A stretch of DNA of 64,000 nt, taken from assembly GCA_965202625.1 (NCBI GenBank), contig CBDBBI010000010.1, positions 704,001-768,000 on the forward strand. Direction: 5' to 3'. Every line of letters starts with the position of its first letter. Within the stretch, counting starts at the first letter, position 1. Shown here in pieces: positions 49,415 to 59,061 of the stretch. Source of the DNA: a bacterium (lineage in GTDB: Bacteria > UBA8248). Both the position numbers and the translations under genes were made by a program. Under the pieces are notes generated by a model. It worked only from the letters and a program-made list of their open reading frames with translations, did not search any database and was not told the origin of the DNA.

Positions 49415-49438
49415 CAGAAAACCCCAACCTCCATGCGT

Positions 49439-50329
49439 TTATGCGAGTGTCCGAGAAATCCTATCGTAATCACGATACAGCAGCGTAAAATCCTCTTCGA
49501 TCATCCCACGTTTGACGGCTTTGTTTAAAAAAGCGAGCGTGGCTTCTCCGTGCGTGGTCTCCGCCTTAAGCTTCCTCCCCATTCTGACGGCCATTCCCAC
49601 ATCCTTTTGTATATTGTAGATTCGCGACTTGCCATCCCACGTTTCAGACAATATGTGGTTCGGAAAACGAAACTGGCTCGCGTAGCTTCTCGCGTTGGAG
49701 ACATTGAATACCCTGATCATGTCCTCAAGGCTGATTCCCGACTTCTCCGCGAGCCTCCCCCCCTCACAAGTGGCCATGAATATGGAGTGACAAACCATGT
49801 TGTGAATCAGCTTCAGGGTATGACCCGCCCCGCTCTCGCCCAAATAGAAAAGGTTGTCGGCGATTGGCTTCAAAAATCTTCTCGTCTTGCGAAACGCCCC
49901 CTCATCCCCGCCTATCATCAACGTCAAGGAGCCGGCGGCCGCTCCCGTCGCGCCGCCGCTCATTCCGGCATCGAGATACGCGATCCCGTTCGCCTTAGCG
50001 CGCCTAGCGATTTTTCGGGTGCGTGCAGGGTCTGAACTTGTGAAGTCATAAATCACCAGGTTCTTCCGCGAGTTCGCCAAAACACCCCTCTTTCCCTTCA
50101 GGCTATCCTCGATTTCCGGAGATCCGGGAACCACGAAAAAGATGACGTTCGCCCGATCCGCCATATCGCCGGGCGCGAGAACCTCCACGCCTCGCTTTTT
50201 CTCCCATGGTCGCCTCGCTTCAGGGATAAGGTCCCAAACCATCAAGGGGGTTTTCGCTTTCTCGAAATTGGCGGCTATGCCGCGCCCCATGCTTCCCAAC
50301 CCCACCACGCCAACGCTCGCTTTCGCCAT
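49439..50329 (-). CDS. NAD(P)-dependent oxidoreductase, 3-hydroxyisobutyrate dehydrogenase family
   Basis: GVVGLGSMG, YLDAGMSGG, LTLMIGG, GAGHTLKLIHN, KD. Confidence 0.88.
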   Translation of the reverse strand: MAKASVGVVGLGSMGRGIAANFEKAKTPLMVWDLIPEARRPWEKKRGVEVLAPGDMADRANVIFFVVPGSPEIEDSLKGKRGVLANSRKNLVIYDFTSSDPARTRKIARRAKANGIAYLDAGMSGGATGAAAGSLTLMIGGDEGAFRKTRRFLKPIADNLFYLGESGAGHTLKLIHNMVCHSIFMATCEGGRLAEKSGISLEDMIRVFNVSNARSYASQFRFPNHILSETWDGKSRIYNIQKDVGMAVRMGRKLKAETTHGEATLAFLNKAVKRGMIEEDFTLLYRDYDRISRTLA

Positions 50330-50332
50330 GCC

Positions 50333-52090
50333 TCATACTTCTCCTTGCCGCGTATACGCGACCTCACGTTTCGGGGTTGATGTGGGCACAGCCGTCTTCA
50401 ACGGGTCTTTCTCGAGCAAAATCTTGCCCTTCTCCCCCCGCGTAAGACGCGTCACAAAACTGCAATCTCTCTCATTCACCTCGGGGTAATCGATCCTGAA
50501 ATGCGCCCCTCGGCTCTCTTTCCTGTTCACGGCGGCGGTGGCGAGGAGTTTACCCAAAAGCGCCAGGTTTCTGACCGAAAGCGCGCTCTCCAGCTCATGT
50601 CCCCTTATTTTCTCCGACGCGCGCGCGCCCTCACCAAGACACATGTTTGGAACTTCCTCGCTCTCTATGCGTTCGAACTCATCCAGCGCATATTGACAGC
50701 CCCCGGCGTCCCGGATGGGCCCGAGTTTTTCATGCGCGAGCATCCGGCACCGCATGCGCACGTCCTTCTGGAGCGGCCCATCGTCCCGATGAACGAGCGC
50801 CTCCAACCAGGCGCGCTCTGATGCAGGAATACCCGCAAAAGTCGCCGACGCGCCTCGCGCATCCTCTTTTACCTGCGCGGAGGCCGCCCTACCCGCCCGC
50901 CTCCCATAGACCAAAGACGCGGAAAGCGCAGAGCCGCCAATTCTGTTTCCGCCGTGGATGCCGCCCCCCGTTTCGCCTGCGGCCCAAAGACCCGGCACGC
51001 TCGTTCCGCCGTCGACGTCGATCTCCAAGCCCCCGAGCCAAGTATGGCTGCCCGGCGCAACTTCGAGGGGCGTTCGGGTGATGTCGATGCCGCGAGCGAG
51101 GCACGTCTTATACACATGGGGGATTTGTTTTTGAATGGTCGTCATGGGGACTTGGGTCGCGTCCATATAAATGCCGCCCGTGAGACCCGCGCGACCTGCG
51201 TGAATTTCCTTCGCCATGGCGAGGATAACCTCGCTGCGCGCGCTTTTCTCCGCAGTTTCGGGGAAATAGCGCTTCAAGAACGCCTCCCCCTCCCGATTCA
51301 AAAATATGGCGCCCGCGTTGATGAACCCCGTGGGATGAGGAGCGAAGCCGAAAAGCGCCTCCGGCGCGCAGCACATGGCCTGAAAGTCGATCATTTCGAT
51401 GCCGACAAGAGGCGCGCCCGCCCTGAAACCCAAAACGTAGCCATCGCCCGTCACTTGCGGCGGATTGTCGTTGACATAAAAAAGGCCGCTTCCACCCCCC
51501 GTGGCCAAAATTACCTCGCGCGCGGCGAAAACCACGAGACGACCGTGGGAATAATCCACTCCCCATGCGCCCACGACGCGGCCTCCGTCGGTGATGAGGT
51601 CCACAATGGCCGTATGGGGATGTTGTCCGATTCGGGCATCGGAACGGAGCCTCCTGGATAGCGTCTTGGTGACCATGTTGCCCGTGGTGTCATGGTGATG
51701 AAGGGCGCGGGGATAGGTGTGGCTCGGAAACATTTTCAGGTCGAGCCCCCCTTCATCATCCGTTATGAATTCTGCGCCCCAGGCGCGCAGGTCACGCACG
51801 ACGTCAATGATGTCGTGGGTCCAGGTTTTCGCCAGATCCGGGTTGATGAGTTCTCCGCCATATTGGAGAACTTCTTGGAGATGAATCTCCGGACTATCGC
51901 CCGGAGCCATCGCCGCGGCGAAACCGCCTCTCGCCACGGTTGTCGTGCCGCTCGTGGCGCGGCCCTTGGTGGCCTGAATGACGCGCACCCCCGCTTGCGC
52001 ACACTCAAAAGCGGCCATCGTGCCCGCCGCGCCACCGCCCACGATGAGCACATCGGTCTCGTGCCGCTCCTCAGCTATGCTCCACTCCAT
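50333..52090 (-). CDS. SdhA/FrdA/NadB-family flavoprotein with divergent active site
   Basis: DVLIVGGGAAG, LATGG, TGDG, GLWAAGE, HGGNRIGG, RKESRGAHFR-DYP. Confidence 0.88.
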   Translation of the reverse strand: MEWSIAEERHETDVLIVGGGAAGTMAAFECAQAGVRVIQATKGRATSGTTTVARGGFAAAMAPGDSPEIHLQEVLQYGGELINPDLAKTWTHDIIDVVRDLRAWGAEFITDDEGGLDLKMFPSHTYPRALHHHDTTGNMVTKTLSRRLRSDARIGQHPHTAIVDLITDGGRVVGAWGVDYSHGRLVVFAAREVILATGGGSGLFYVNDNPPQVTGDGYVLGFRAGAPLVGIEMIDFQAMCCAPEALFGFAPHPTGFINAGAIFLNREGEAFLKRYFPETAEKSARSEVILAMAKEIHAGRAGLTGGIYMDATQVPMTTIQKQIPHVYKTCLARGIDITRTPLEVAPGSHTWLGGLEIDVDGGTSVPGLWAAGETGGGIHGGNRIGGSALSASLVYGRRAGRAASAQVKEDARGASATFAGIPASERAWLEALVHRDDGPLQKDVRMRCRMLAHEKLGPIRDAGGCQYALDEFERIESEEVPNMCLGEGARASEKIRGHELESALSVRNLALLGKLLATAAVNRKESRGAHFRIDYPEVNERDCSFVTRLTRGEKGKILLEKDPLKTAVPTSTPKREVAYTRQGEV

Positions 52091-52376
52091 ATGAATCGTC
52101 CTCTCAGGATGCCCGGTTTCAAGGGAGCGCATCTATCGAAAACATCTTAAAACATTCCGGTAGAAAAAACCCGCCACGGAAGAGGCGCGCCGGGGGACGC
52201 ACAGGGGATTTTCTTGAAAGCCGCATTCCCGGGCTTCCACCCTGTGAGGAATCGGCCCGCAAGACGCACCCTACAAAGAGGAACCGAATTTGCGGAGACA
52301 TCGGTGAGATTGATGCGGACCCCAGCCCGAGGAGCGGAAGACGTCGCTTTCATCACGCTACGATGATGGAGCGCAT

Positions 52377-53627
52377 TCAGATATCAGCCCTGCCCAGCAT
52401 CTCGACCATCTTGTCCGCGCACGCGTCAGCGAAAGCCCCATCGTTGATGTGCAGATCGAGCGTGATGATCTCTCCGGTTTTCAGATTCTCCGCAAGCGAA
52501 GCCGCGAAGGCGGCATCCACTTCGGGCTGATGCCAACCGCCCGCCTCCTGGCCGCCGAGGGCATAGACTTTTCGCTTCGTGTGCTCGCTATAGCCTCTGG
52601 CGGGTATCAATACGCAAAGGGGGCCTTGGGCGCGGTTGAGCTTTTCCGCCATGAGGACGCCCAAAGTTTCGCACTCTTGTCTGTTGGTGCGCATCAAAAG
52701 ATTCTGGGCGTTGTATTGAAAAAACACTCTGCTCCGGTATTTTTCGGGCACCTGCCCCGTCCAGAAATTGGCGTGATCGAGCGCGCCTGGAGCCACGACC
52801 TGGGGAATGCCCGCCGCGCCCGCCGCCTCCAATCTGCCATCGCCCGCGCTGTATACGCCGCCCACGAGCAAATCCGTAAGCTCATGCGTGGTGACGTCCA
52901 CCACTCCGGCGAGTTCACCCCGGCCGCCCAAGGATTCGAGCGCGCGGCCGCCAGGACCGGAAGCATGGAAGAATATAACCTCGTAGCCCGCATCCGCCAG
53001 CCTTTTTTCGACGCGGTTGACACACGCCGCGGTGCCGCCAAAGGAGGAGACTCCGACGAGAGGCGGCGCAGGGCGGTCGCCGTCTCGCGCCACTCTCTCA
53101 CACTTCACCATTCCCGCGAGCGAGAGAGCGGCGTTTCTCATCACGCCCCGGGTGATGCGGTTGAGAGACAAATCACCGATGGAGGGGAACATTATGATAT
53201 CGCTTTCGGCCACATACCACTGCACGGCCGCAGTAGCGGCGACTACGCTCACCATCACCTTGGGTGCAAGGGGTGGCAGCACACGCATGACGCCGCAGGC
53301 CATTGAGGTGCCGTTCGCGCCTCCGAGGCCAACCACGCCCCTGATTTCTCCTTTCTGAAACTTTTGGGACACGACCCGTCGTCCGCCTTCCATCATCACT
53401 TCGGACGCGGCGCTTCTTTCCATCCGCGCCAGCTCGCCCCAACTCTTCCCTGACGCCGAAGCTATTTCTCCGCCGCCGACGTCCGCGCCACGCGCCTCAT
53501 GTGGCCTACAGGACAAATCGATCACAAAGGCCCTCACGCCGCAACTCTCGAGCGTCTGCGCTAAAAAGCGCGCCTCCGCCCCCTTGCTGTCCATCGTCGC
53601 CAACAACGCTACCGCGAGAACTGACAT
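52377..53627 (-). CDS. UPF0261 / Tm-1-like ATP-binding domain protein
   Basis: ATMDSKG-EA, GLGGANGT, PKVMVS, SIGD--LN, FG-T--CV, FHASG-GGRALE, DVTTHE, PGALD, HIND--FA. Confidence 0.88.
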   Translation of the reverse strand: MSVLAVALLATMDSKGAEARFLAQTLESCGVRAFVIDLSCRPHEARGADVGGGEIASASGKSWGELARMERSAASEVMMEGGRRVVSQKFQKGEIRGVVGLGGANGTSMACGVMRVLPPLAPKVMVSVVAATAAVQWYVAESDIIMFPSIGDLSLNRITRGVMRNAALSLAGMVKCERVARDGDRPAPPLVGVSSFGGTAACVNRVEKRLADAGYEVIFFHASGPGGRALESLGGRGELAGVVDVTTHELTDLLVGGVYSAGDGRLEAAGAAGIPQVVAPGALDHANFWTGQVPEKYRSRVFFQYNAQNLLMRTNRQECETLGVLMAEKLNRAQGPLCVLIPARGYSEHTKRKVYALGGQEAGGWHQPEVDAAFAASLAENLKTGEIITLDLHINDGAFADACADKMVEMLGRADI

Positions 53628-53685
53628 TTTACTCCCATCGGAATGTTCCTGACTGCCTGATGGATGATTTCTGAAAGGATGCGTC

Positions 53686-54519
53686 TTATTTTCTCAATCG
53701 CACCGACTTAAAACCCTGTGCCGCCCTCGGTACGGCGTCCTCCACCGGAAAACGCTCTGCGGAGGAGCCGCCTACGTATCCATCAAAACGGCTTTCCAAA
53801 TCGAGAAGTTTTTCAAAGTCGCGCGGAGTTTCTATAGCACCTCCATGGCAGGTGAAGATTCTGTCTCGATACCTTGGCAAGAGGGCGTCAAAAATAGCCG
53901 TGGCCCTGCGGGCGGCTTCATCAAGCGGGACAACCGTATTCGATCCGATGGAGCCGCCGGAGCTGTTGCCGAAATGAATAATGACATTGTCGACCCCTGC
54001 CTCCGCCATGGCAAGCGCTTCATCCGGCGTAGTGGTGAAAGCCTTCGTGAACATGCCCTTGCGACTCGCGTATCCCAAAACATCGACTTCTTTCGAAAAC
54101 CCCATACCCGTTTCTTCCAAATCTTTCCTGAAATTTCCATCGATCAGAGCGACGGTTGGGCAGTTCATCACGCCATGGAAACCGACGGCTTCCACTCTGT
54201 CCACGAACGAAAACATGTTTCTCGTAGGATCAGTGGCTAACACGCCGGCGACGACAGGACATCCGCGCACGACGTTCAAAATGGAACGCTCACCCAACTC
54301 AAGCGTGATGGCGTTCGCGTCCCCAATAGGAAGATAGCCCGCCATCGAGCTCAAACCCTGCATCCGATAATAGGCCAGATTAAAGGTCGTGAGGAGGTCC
54401 GCTCCGCCACGCGCAGCGAATTTTGCCGTGATGCCGCTTCCACAAAGAGCGTCATATATCGCACGCCCAGCATTTTTTTCAGCCCCCAGACGAGCGAGAA
54501 TTTCGCTTTTTAGTATCAT
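53686..54519 (-). CDS. TIM-barrel PEP-hydrolase-like protein (partner of UPF0261)
   Basis: GSGITAKFA--GGADL, YRMQG-SS-AG-LP-GDAN, ATDP, NCPTVALIDG-FR--LEETGM, HGG-I, GYVGGSSAERFP. Confidence 0.88.
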   Translation of the reverse strand: MILKSEILARLGAEKNAGRAIYDALCGSGITAKFAARGGADLLTTFNLAYYRMQGLSSMAGYLPIGDANAITLELGERSILNVVRGCPVVAGVLATDPTRNMFSFVDRVEAVGFHGVMNCPTVALIDGNFRKDLEETGMGFSKEVDVLGYASRKGMFTKAFTTTPDEALAMAEAGVDNVIIHFGNSSGGSIGSNTVVPLDEAARRATAIFDALLPRYRDRIFTCHGGAIETPRDFEKLLDLESRFDGYVGGSSAERFPVEDAVPRAAQGFKSVRLRK

Positions 54520-54537
54520 TATGAATTATGTGTCCTC

Positions 54538-54586
54538 AAAATATCAATATGTTGCATAAAATATCTAAGAAAAAACTTGAGATATT
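54538..54586. promoter_or_regulatory. AT-rich operator-like inverted/direct repeats upstream of the Tm-1-like operon
   Basis: AATATCT-13 nt-AGATATT at 54560-54586, plus another AATATC at about 54540. Confidence 0.4.
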
Positions 54587-54932
54587 ATGGCTTTTTCGGC
54601 TCCTCAATAAACTGCGCGTGCGGCCCCGAGTCATTTTCACGCTTGGTGCCACGCCCGCCTTTGTGTGAAAATAAGGCTGGTGGAAGGAGGAGACGTATCG
54701 CGTTTGAAATCATGTTGTTCTCAGGATAATCTATAGTATTCATGTGGTGCTTGAGATGCGCGTCTGCATGAAAATTATATTGTCCTGAGAATGTGCTCTG
54801 GTGATCTCGCTCGCCCGAGCCGCTCCGCCTCTCTTGAGATTGAGGTGGAGCGGTGCGGGACCACATAGTTGAAGGGGTGAAGCGCGCGCTGAACAGACGC
54901 TAGAGAACACGAGAACTTATTCCCTGCTGTTC

Positions 54933-57056
54933 TCAAGTTCTGTCCGCCAAGAACGCTTCGGCGACAAATACCCCTCCCAGCAAAACGAAAAGAAGCGCGC
55001 TCACATCCATGAGTCCCAAAAGCGAACGCAGTGAATCCGCATCATCCGCAGGCAAGTCTCGCACATCGATTTTCTGGAGTTTTTCTTTCAGATCGCTCAC
55101 CTCCACGGGGGAGACGTTCGCTTCAGAGGCGGGCATGTTCACGCTCACGAGATGCTCCTCATCGGGCGTAAGAACGCGATAAAAACCCGCGCGGCCCGTA
55201 TCCCGGTAATGGACGACTGCGCCGCCGGAGGCTTTGCCCAGCCGCAACCCATCCAGGGATTCGGCTTGCGGGGCACTCTCCATGAATTGAAGCGCACGCT
55301 CTTCACCGACGGGCCCTCGTATTTGTATCGCCTCCCCCACCCGTCTGATGGACGCGCGCATTTCAAACGAATCCCCCACGTTCACGGACGAGGCCACCCC
55401 TTCCCTCGTCCCGCCCAAAAAATCGGAAACTCCTCTTATGAAAGGGACGAAAACAGGCCGCACGGCGAGGTCCGTCCAGTCTCGATCACAAGTAGAGCCC
55501 CAAACCATCACCCGCCCGGAGCCTACGGAGCCGCCGACCAAAACGGGAGTTCCATCGGAAAGCTCCAACAAGACGCGCCCGTCTCGCGCCGGCGCAAGCG
55601 GCGTGATGCGCGCCAGGCGCAAGGCAGAGAAAAACCGCTCGCCGTTCGCCCCCAGCAGAGAAAAAGCCGGATGCGCCTCCGCGTCCTGGGCGATTTTAAG
55701 GCTTTGAGATGGGCGCAGCGTCGTGGGGCCTCCCGGCACCCCTGGAAGCCAACCCAAACCAGCCCCCGTTTCGCTTGACAACTCACCCGTGGCCCAAAAA
55801 AGCCCTCCGCCCTTTTCGACAAAACTTCTCAGCCGCTGTCTCCCCCCCTCGGACCAGCCGCCCACATTGCAGCCGATGACGTAGTCGTAATCATCCCATT
55901 CCACGCTGTTCAATTCATAAGATGCCACGACGCGCGCCAACACCGGAGATTCCCCGCCTAGGGGGGCCGCACTCAGGGCGTTAACGATGAAAAAAGTTTC
56001 GCTGTCCTGGAGTCCCCGTTTCGGGTCTCCATCAATGACCAAGGCGCGCAGACGCTTACCAATGCGGGCCGCAAAGTAAAACCGGTTCGTTGGCGAAAGA
56101 TTATCCCGCGGTAATTGTAGACGGCCATAGAGCACACCCTTTCGGGGCGCGTTCACCCGAAAACTCAAAGGATTCGACCCATTCGGCTCGACGTCCACTC
56201 TGGCCGTTTCCTGTAGGTTTTCCCCCACGAACAATCGCACGGGAACGTTCACTTGTTTCTCGTTTCCTCGGTTGAAAACGCGTGCGCCGATGGTGAAGGG
56301 AAAGCCGGCCTTGGGCGGCCACGGCTTCATCCGCACGTTCTGGAGACTCAAATCCGCCACTCCGGCCTCTGGGGCCACGCGCACGAATTGGATGTGAACG
56401 TGCGGGTTCCGGCGCTTGAGATTACGAATCTGAAACGACCCCCAATCGCTGCGGGCAAAATCGCTGAAAACGACGATGTTTCTCCGCCTCGCACGGGGCG
56501 ACGCGCTCTCGAGTGCGCGCTGAACGACACGAGCCGGCGCACCTTTTCCATCGGTTTGGCGAATCTTATCCAGTGCTTCAAGCGCATCCTCGCGCTTCAA
56601 TTCCTTGAATGGAGCGATACTCGATTGTTCGACGGTCGGCGCGATACTCATTCGGTCAGAATCCGACATGTCCTCAATCATCCGCTTCACGGTGCGCTTC
56701 GCCAAGTCAAAACGACTACCCTTGTGCGTAGAAAACGCCATGCTCGCTGAATTATCAATCACGGCGAAGGTGTGGACGGGAAACCATCCACCGCTCGATA
56801 CACGGCCCTCCGTGGCGAGAAGAGGGCGCGAAGCCAGGAAAATGGTCAGCCCAACGGCACACACGCGGAGAAATAAAAGTATCCAGTTTCTGAGCCTACT
56901 TCGATTTGTGATGCGACGCTGCGTTCTGAGCAAGAATTCAAAAGTGGGGAGCCGATACCTCCGGACGAGACGTCTCCTTAAAAAGTGAATCAGGATAGGG
57001 AGAACAGCGAGCCCCATTCCCCAAAGAAGCGCGCTGTGCAAAAATTGAAAACCCAA
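54933..57056 (-). CDS. BatA-N / vWA membrane protein
   Basis: N-terminal F-----LWG--L--LPILIH...P---FL, vWA DNSASM and FSDF, C-terminal TM helix. Confidence 0.85.
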   Translation of the reverse strand: MGFQFLHSALLWGMGLAVLPILIHFLRRRLVRRYRLPTFEFLLRTQRRITNRSRLRNWILLFLRVCAVGLTIFLASRPLLATEGRVSSGGWFPVHTFAVIDNSASMAFSTHKGSRFDLAKRTVKRMIEDMSDSDRMSIAPTVEQSSIAPFKELKREDALEALDKIRQTDGKGAPARVVQRALESASPRARRRNIVVFSDFARSDWGSFQIRNLKRRNPHVHIQFVRVAPEAGVADLSLQNVRMKPWPPKAGFPFTIGARVFNRGNEKQVNVPVRLFVGENLQETARVDVEPNGSNPLSFRVNAPRKGVLYGRLQLPRDNLSPTNRFYFAARIGKRLRALVIDGDPKRGLQDSETFFIVNALSAAPLGGESPVLARVVASYELNSVEWDDYDYVIGCNVGGWSEGGRQRLRSFVEKGGGLFWATGELSSETGAGLGWLPGVPGGPTTLRPSQSLKIAQDAEAHPAFSLLGANGERFFSALRLARITPLAPARDGRVLLELSDGTPVLVGGSVGSGRVMVWGSTCDRDWTDLAVRPVFVPFIRGVSDFLGGTREGVASSVNVGDSFEMRASIRRVGEAIQIRGPVGEERALQFMESAPQAESLDGLRLGKASGGAVVHYRDTGRAGFYRVLTPDEEHLVSVNMPASEANVSPVEVSDLKEKLQKIDVRDLPADDADSLRSLLGLMDVSALLFVLLGGVFVAEAFLADRT

Positions 57057-57067
57057 TTCGGCTTCTC

Positions 57068-57964
57068 CTAAAACGTCCCTCTACGCCCTCGCCGAGCCAG
57101 AAACCGTATCAAGCTTTTGTCCAACGGATCAGCCGTCGAGACAAGATGATAATCGACCCCCAAGTCTGCGCACCGCTCGCGCATTCGCTCCAGAAATTCT
57201 TCCAAAAGCGCGAGATAGGGCCTCTTCACCACCTCACATTCCACCGTAACGTTTCTATTCGTTTCGACGTCATCCATCCTCGCGAGGCCCTCAAAGGGAA
57301 AATCCAGTTCCGCGCTGTCAAGAACGTGAAAGACTATGACGTCGTTTCCTTTTAGGCACAGCAGCCTGAGTGATCTCTCCACCGCTTCCGGCTCATCGAG
57401 CAAATCGGAAACGATGACGACGAGTCCTCTCCTCTTTAGACGTTCCGCGAGGGAAAACAGCGAACGGGCAATCCCCGTTCCTCCCATGGGCTTGACCCCT
57501 TGGAGACGCGCCAGCAGAGCCAGCAGGTGCCTCTTTACGGATCTAGGCGGAACTTGCGCATCTTCTTCCTCATGAGAAATAACCAGACCCACCGCGTCAG
57601 ACTGCCCAAGTAGCAAATACGCCATCGCCGAGGCGAGAGTAGCCGCATAGCCCCACTTGCTCAGAAAGCCATCCCCAAAATCCATCGACGCGCTGGCGTC
57701 GATGACGAGGTGAGCGCGTAGGTTCGTCTCATCTTCATATTGTTTTACGAGGTAGCGGTCGAATTTTCCATACGCTTTCCAGTCAATGTGGCGGAGTTCA
57801 TCTCCCGGAGAGTAGGCCCTGTGTTCCTCAAAATCAACGCTGAAACCACGCGAGCGGCTCCTGTGGACGCCACTCATCAAACCCTCGACCACGTGACGGG
57901 CGCGGAGCTGGAGATTGGACAATCGCGAGATGAGGGCGGGGTGGAAGTATTCCTCCGGGTTCAA
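57068..57964 (-). CDS. DUF58-domain protein
   Basis: G-HRS--RGFSVDFEEHRAY-PGDELRHIDWK, VKQYEDET, DASASM, VSDL. Confidence 0.9.
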   Translation of the reverse strand: MNPEEYFHPALISRLSNLQLRARHVVEGLMSGVHRSRSRGFSVDFEEHRAYSPGDELRHIDWKAYGKFDRYLVKQYEDETNLRAHLVIDASASMDFGDGFLSKWGYAATLASAMAYLLLGQSDAVGLVISHEEEDAQVPPRSVKRHLLALLARLQGVKPMGGTGIARSLFSLAERLKRRGLVVIVSDLLDEPEAVERSLRLLCLKGNDVIVFHVLDSAELDFPFEGLARMDDVETNRNVTVECEVVKRPYLALLEEFLERMRERCADLGVDYHLVSTADPLDKSLIRFLARRGRRGTF

Positions 57965-57986
57965 GGCAATTTCCCCAAAACCCCGC

Positions 57987-59039
57987 TCATGCGGCCTCGG
58001 TAGCCTCCGCCGGGGGTGCGATGGCTTCGAGAAGCCGCGTTATCAAGGACATGGAGTCATATCCTTCCGCCTGGCCGCGGAAGTTCACCAGAATCCGATG
58101 CCGCAACACGGGTTCGGCCAATGCCCTCACGTCTTCAATCGTAGCGGCGTATCTGCCCCGAAGCAGCGCGCGCGCGCGCGCGCCAAGAATCAGATATTGG
58201 CTGGCTCTTGGACCCGCGCCCCATTCCACATAGTGGCGGACGAAATCAGGAGCGCTCTCGTCGCTCGGCCGAGACGCGCGCGCGAGGGAAACCGCGTATT
58301 CCACGACATAGGGAGCTGCTGGCACGCGGCGCACCAACTCCTGGAACAATAAAATCTGCTCACCATCCACAATCTTTTCGAGCTGGGGGTCATAGTTCGA
58401 CGTCGTTTGCGCGACAATTTCTTTTTCCTCCACCAGACTCGGATACGATACCCCCACTTCGAACATAAACCTGTCCAGCTGCGCCTCCGGCAACGGATAC
58501 GTCCCTTCCTGCTCCACGGGGTTCTGGGTCGCAAGAACGAAAAATGGAGGATTCAGGAAGTGCGCTTGTCCACCGGCCGTCACATGCAGCTCCTGCATGG
58601 ATTGCAGCAGCGCCGCCTGCGTTTTAGGCGACGTGCGGTTGATCTCATCGGCCAGAAGTATCTGCGTGAAGATAGGTCCCCTAATGAAGCGAAAAGAGCG
58701 CCTTCCTTCGGTCGTGTCATCCAGAATATCCGTGCCCGTAATATCTGAGGGCATCAGATCGGGCGTGAACTGGATACGGTTGAAATCGAGCTGTAAGACT
58801 CGCGCCAAGGTGCGTATCAGCAGGGTTTTAGCCAGGCCCGGCACGCCAACCAAAAGACAGTGGCCCTTCGAGAGCAAGGCTATCAAAACCAAATCAATGA
58901 CTTCCGCTTGGCCAACGATGATCTTTCGCACCTGCTCCAAGATGGCGTCGCGCTTAAGGCCAATCTCGCGCGCCACTTCCACGTCCATCTCACTCATTTG
59001 TGATTTTTCACTTCCCGTATCATCAAACGTTTCGTTCAT
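57987..59039 (-). CDS. MoxR-proper AAA+ ATPase
   Basis: [63 protein letters not shown]. Confidence 0.93.
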   Translation of the reverse strand: MNETFDDTGSEKSQMSEMDVEVAREIGLKRDAILEQVRKIIVGQAEVIDLVLIALLSKGHCLLVGVPGLAKTLLIRTLARVLQLDFNRIQFTPDLMPSDITGTDILDDTTEGRRSFRFIRGPIFTQILLADEINRTSPKTQAALLQSMQELHVTAGGQAHFLNPPFFVLATQNPVEQEGTYPLPEAQLDRFMFEVGVSYPSLVEEKEIVAQTTSNYDPQLEKIVDGEQILLFQELVRRVPAAPYVVEYAVSLARASRPSDESAPDFVRHYVEWGAGPRASQYLILGARARALLRGRYAATIEDVRALAEPVLRHRILVNFRGQAEGYDSMSLITRLLEAIAPPAEATEAA

Positions 59040-59061
59040 TCGATACCGCCTTCTGAGGGGC

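Noticed and set aside
52140-52376. Riboswitch in the gap between UPF0261 and the flavoprotein gene
   Set aside because: Some GC-rich pairing is possible, but I recognise no aptamer consensus.
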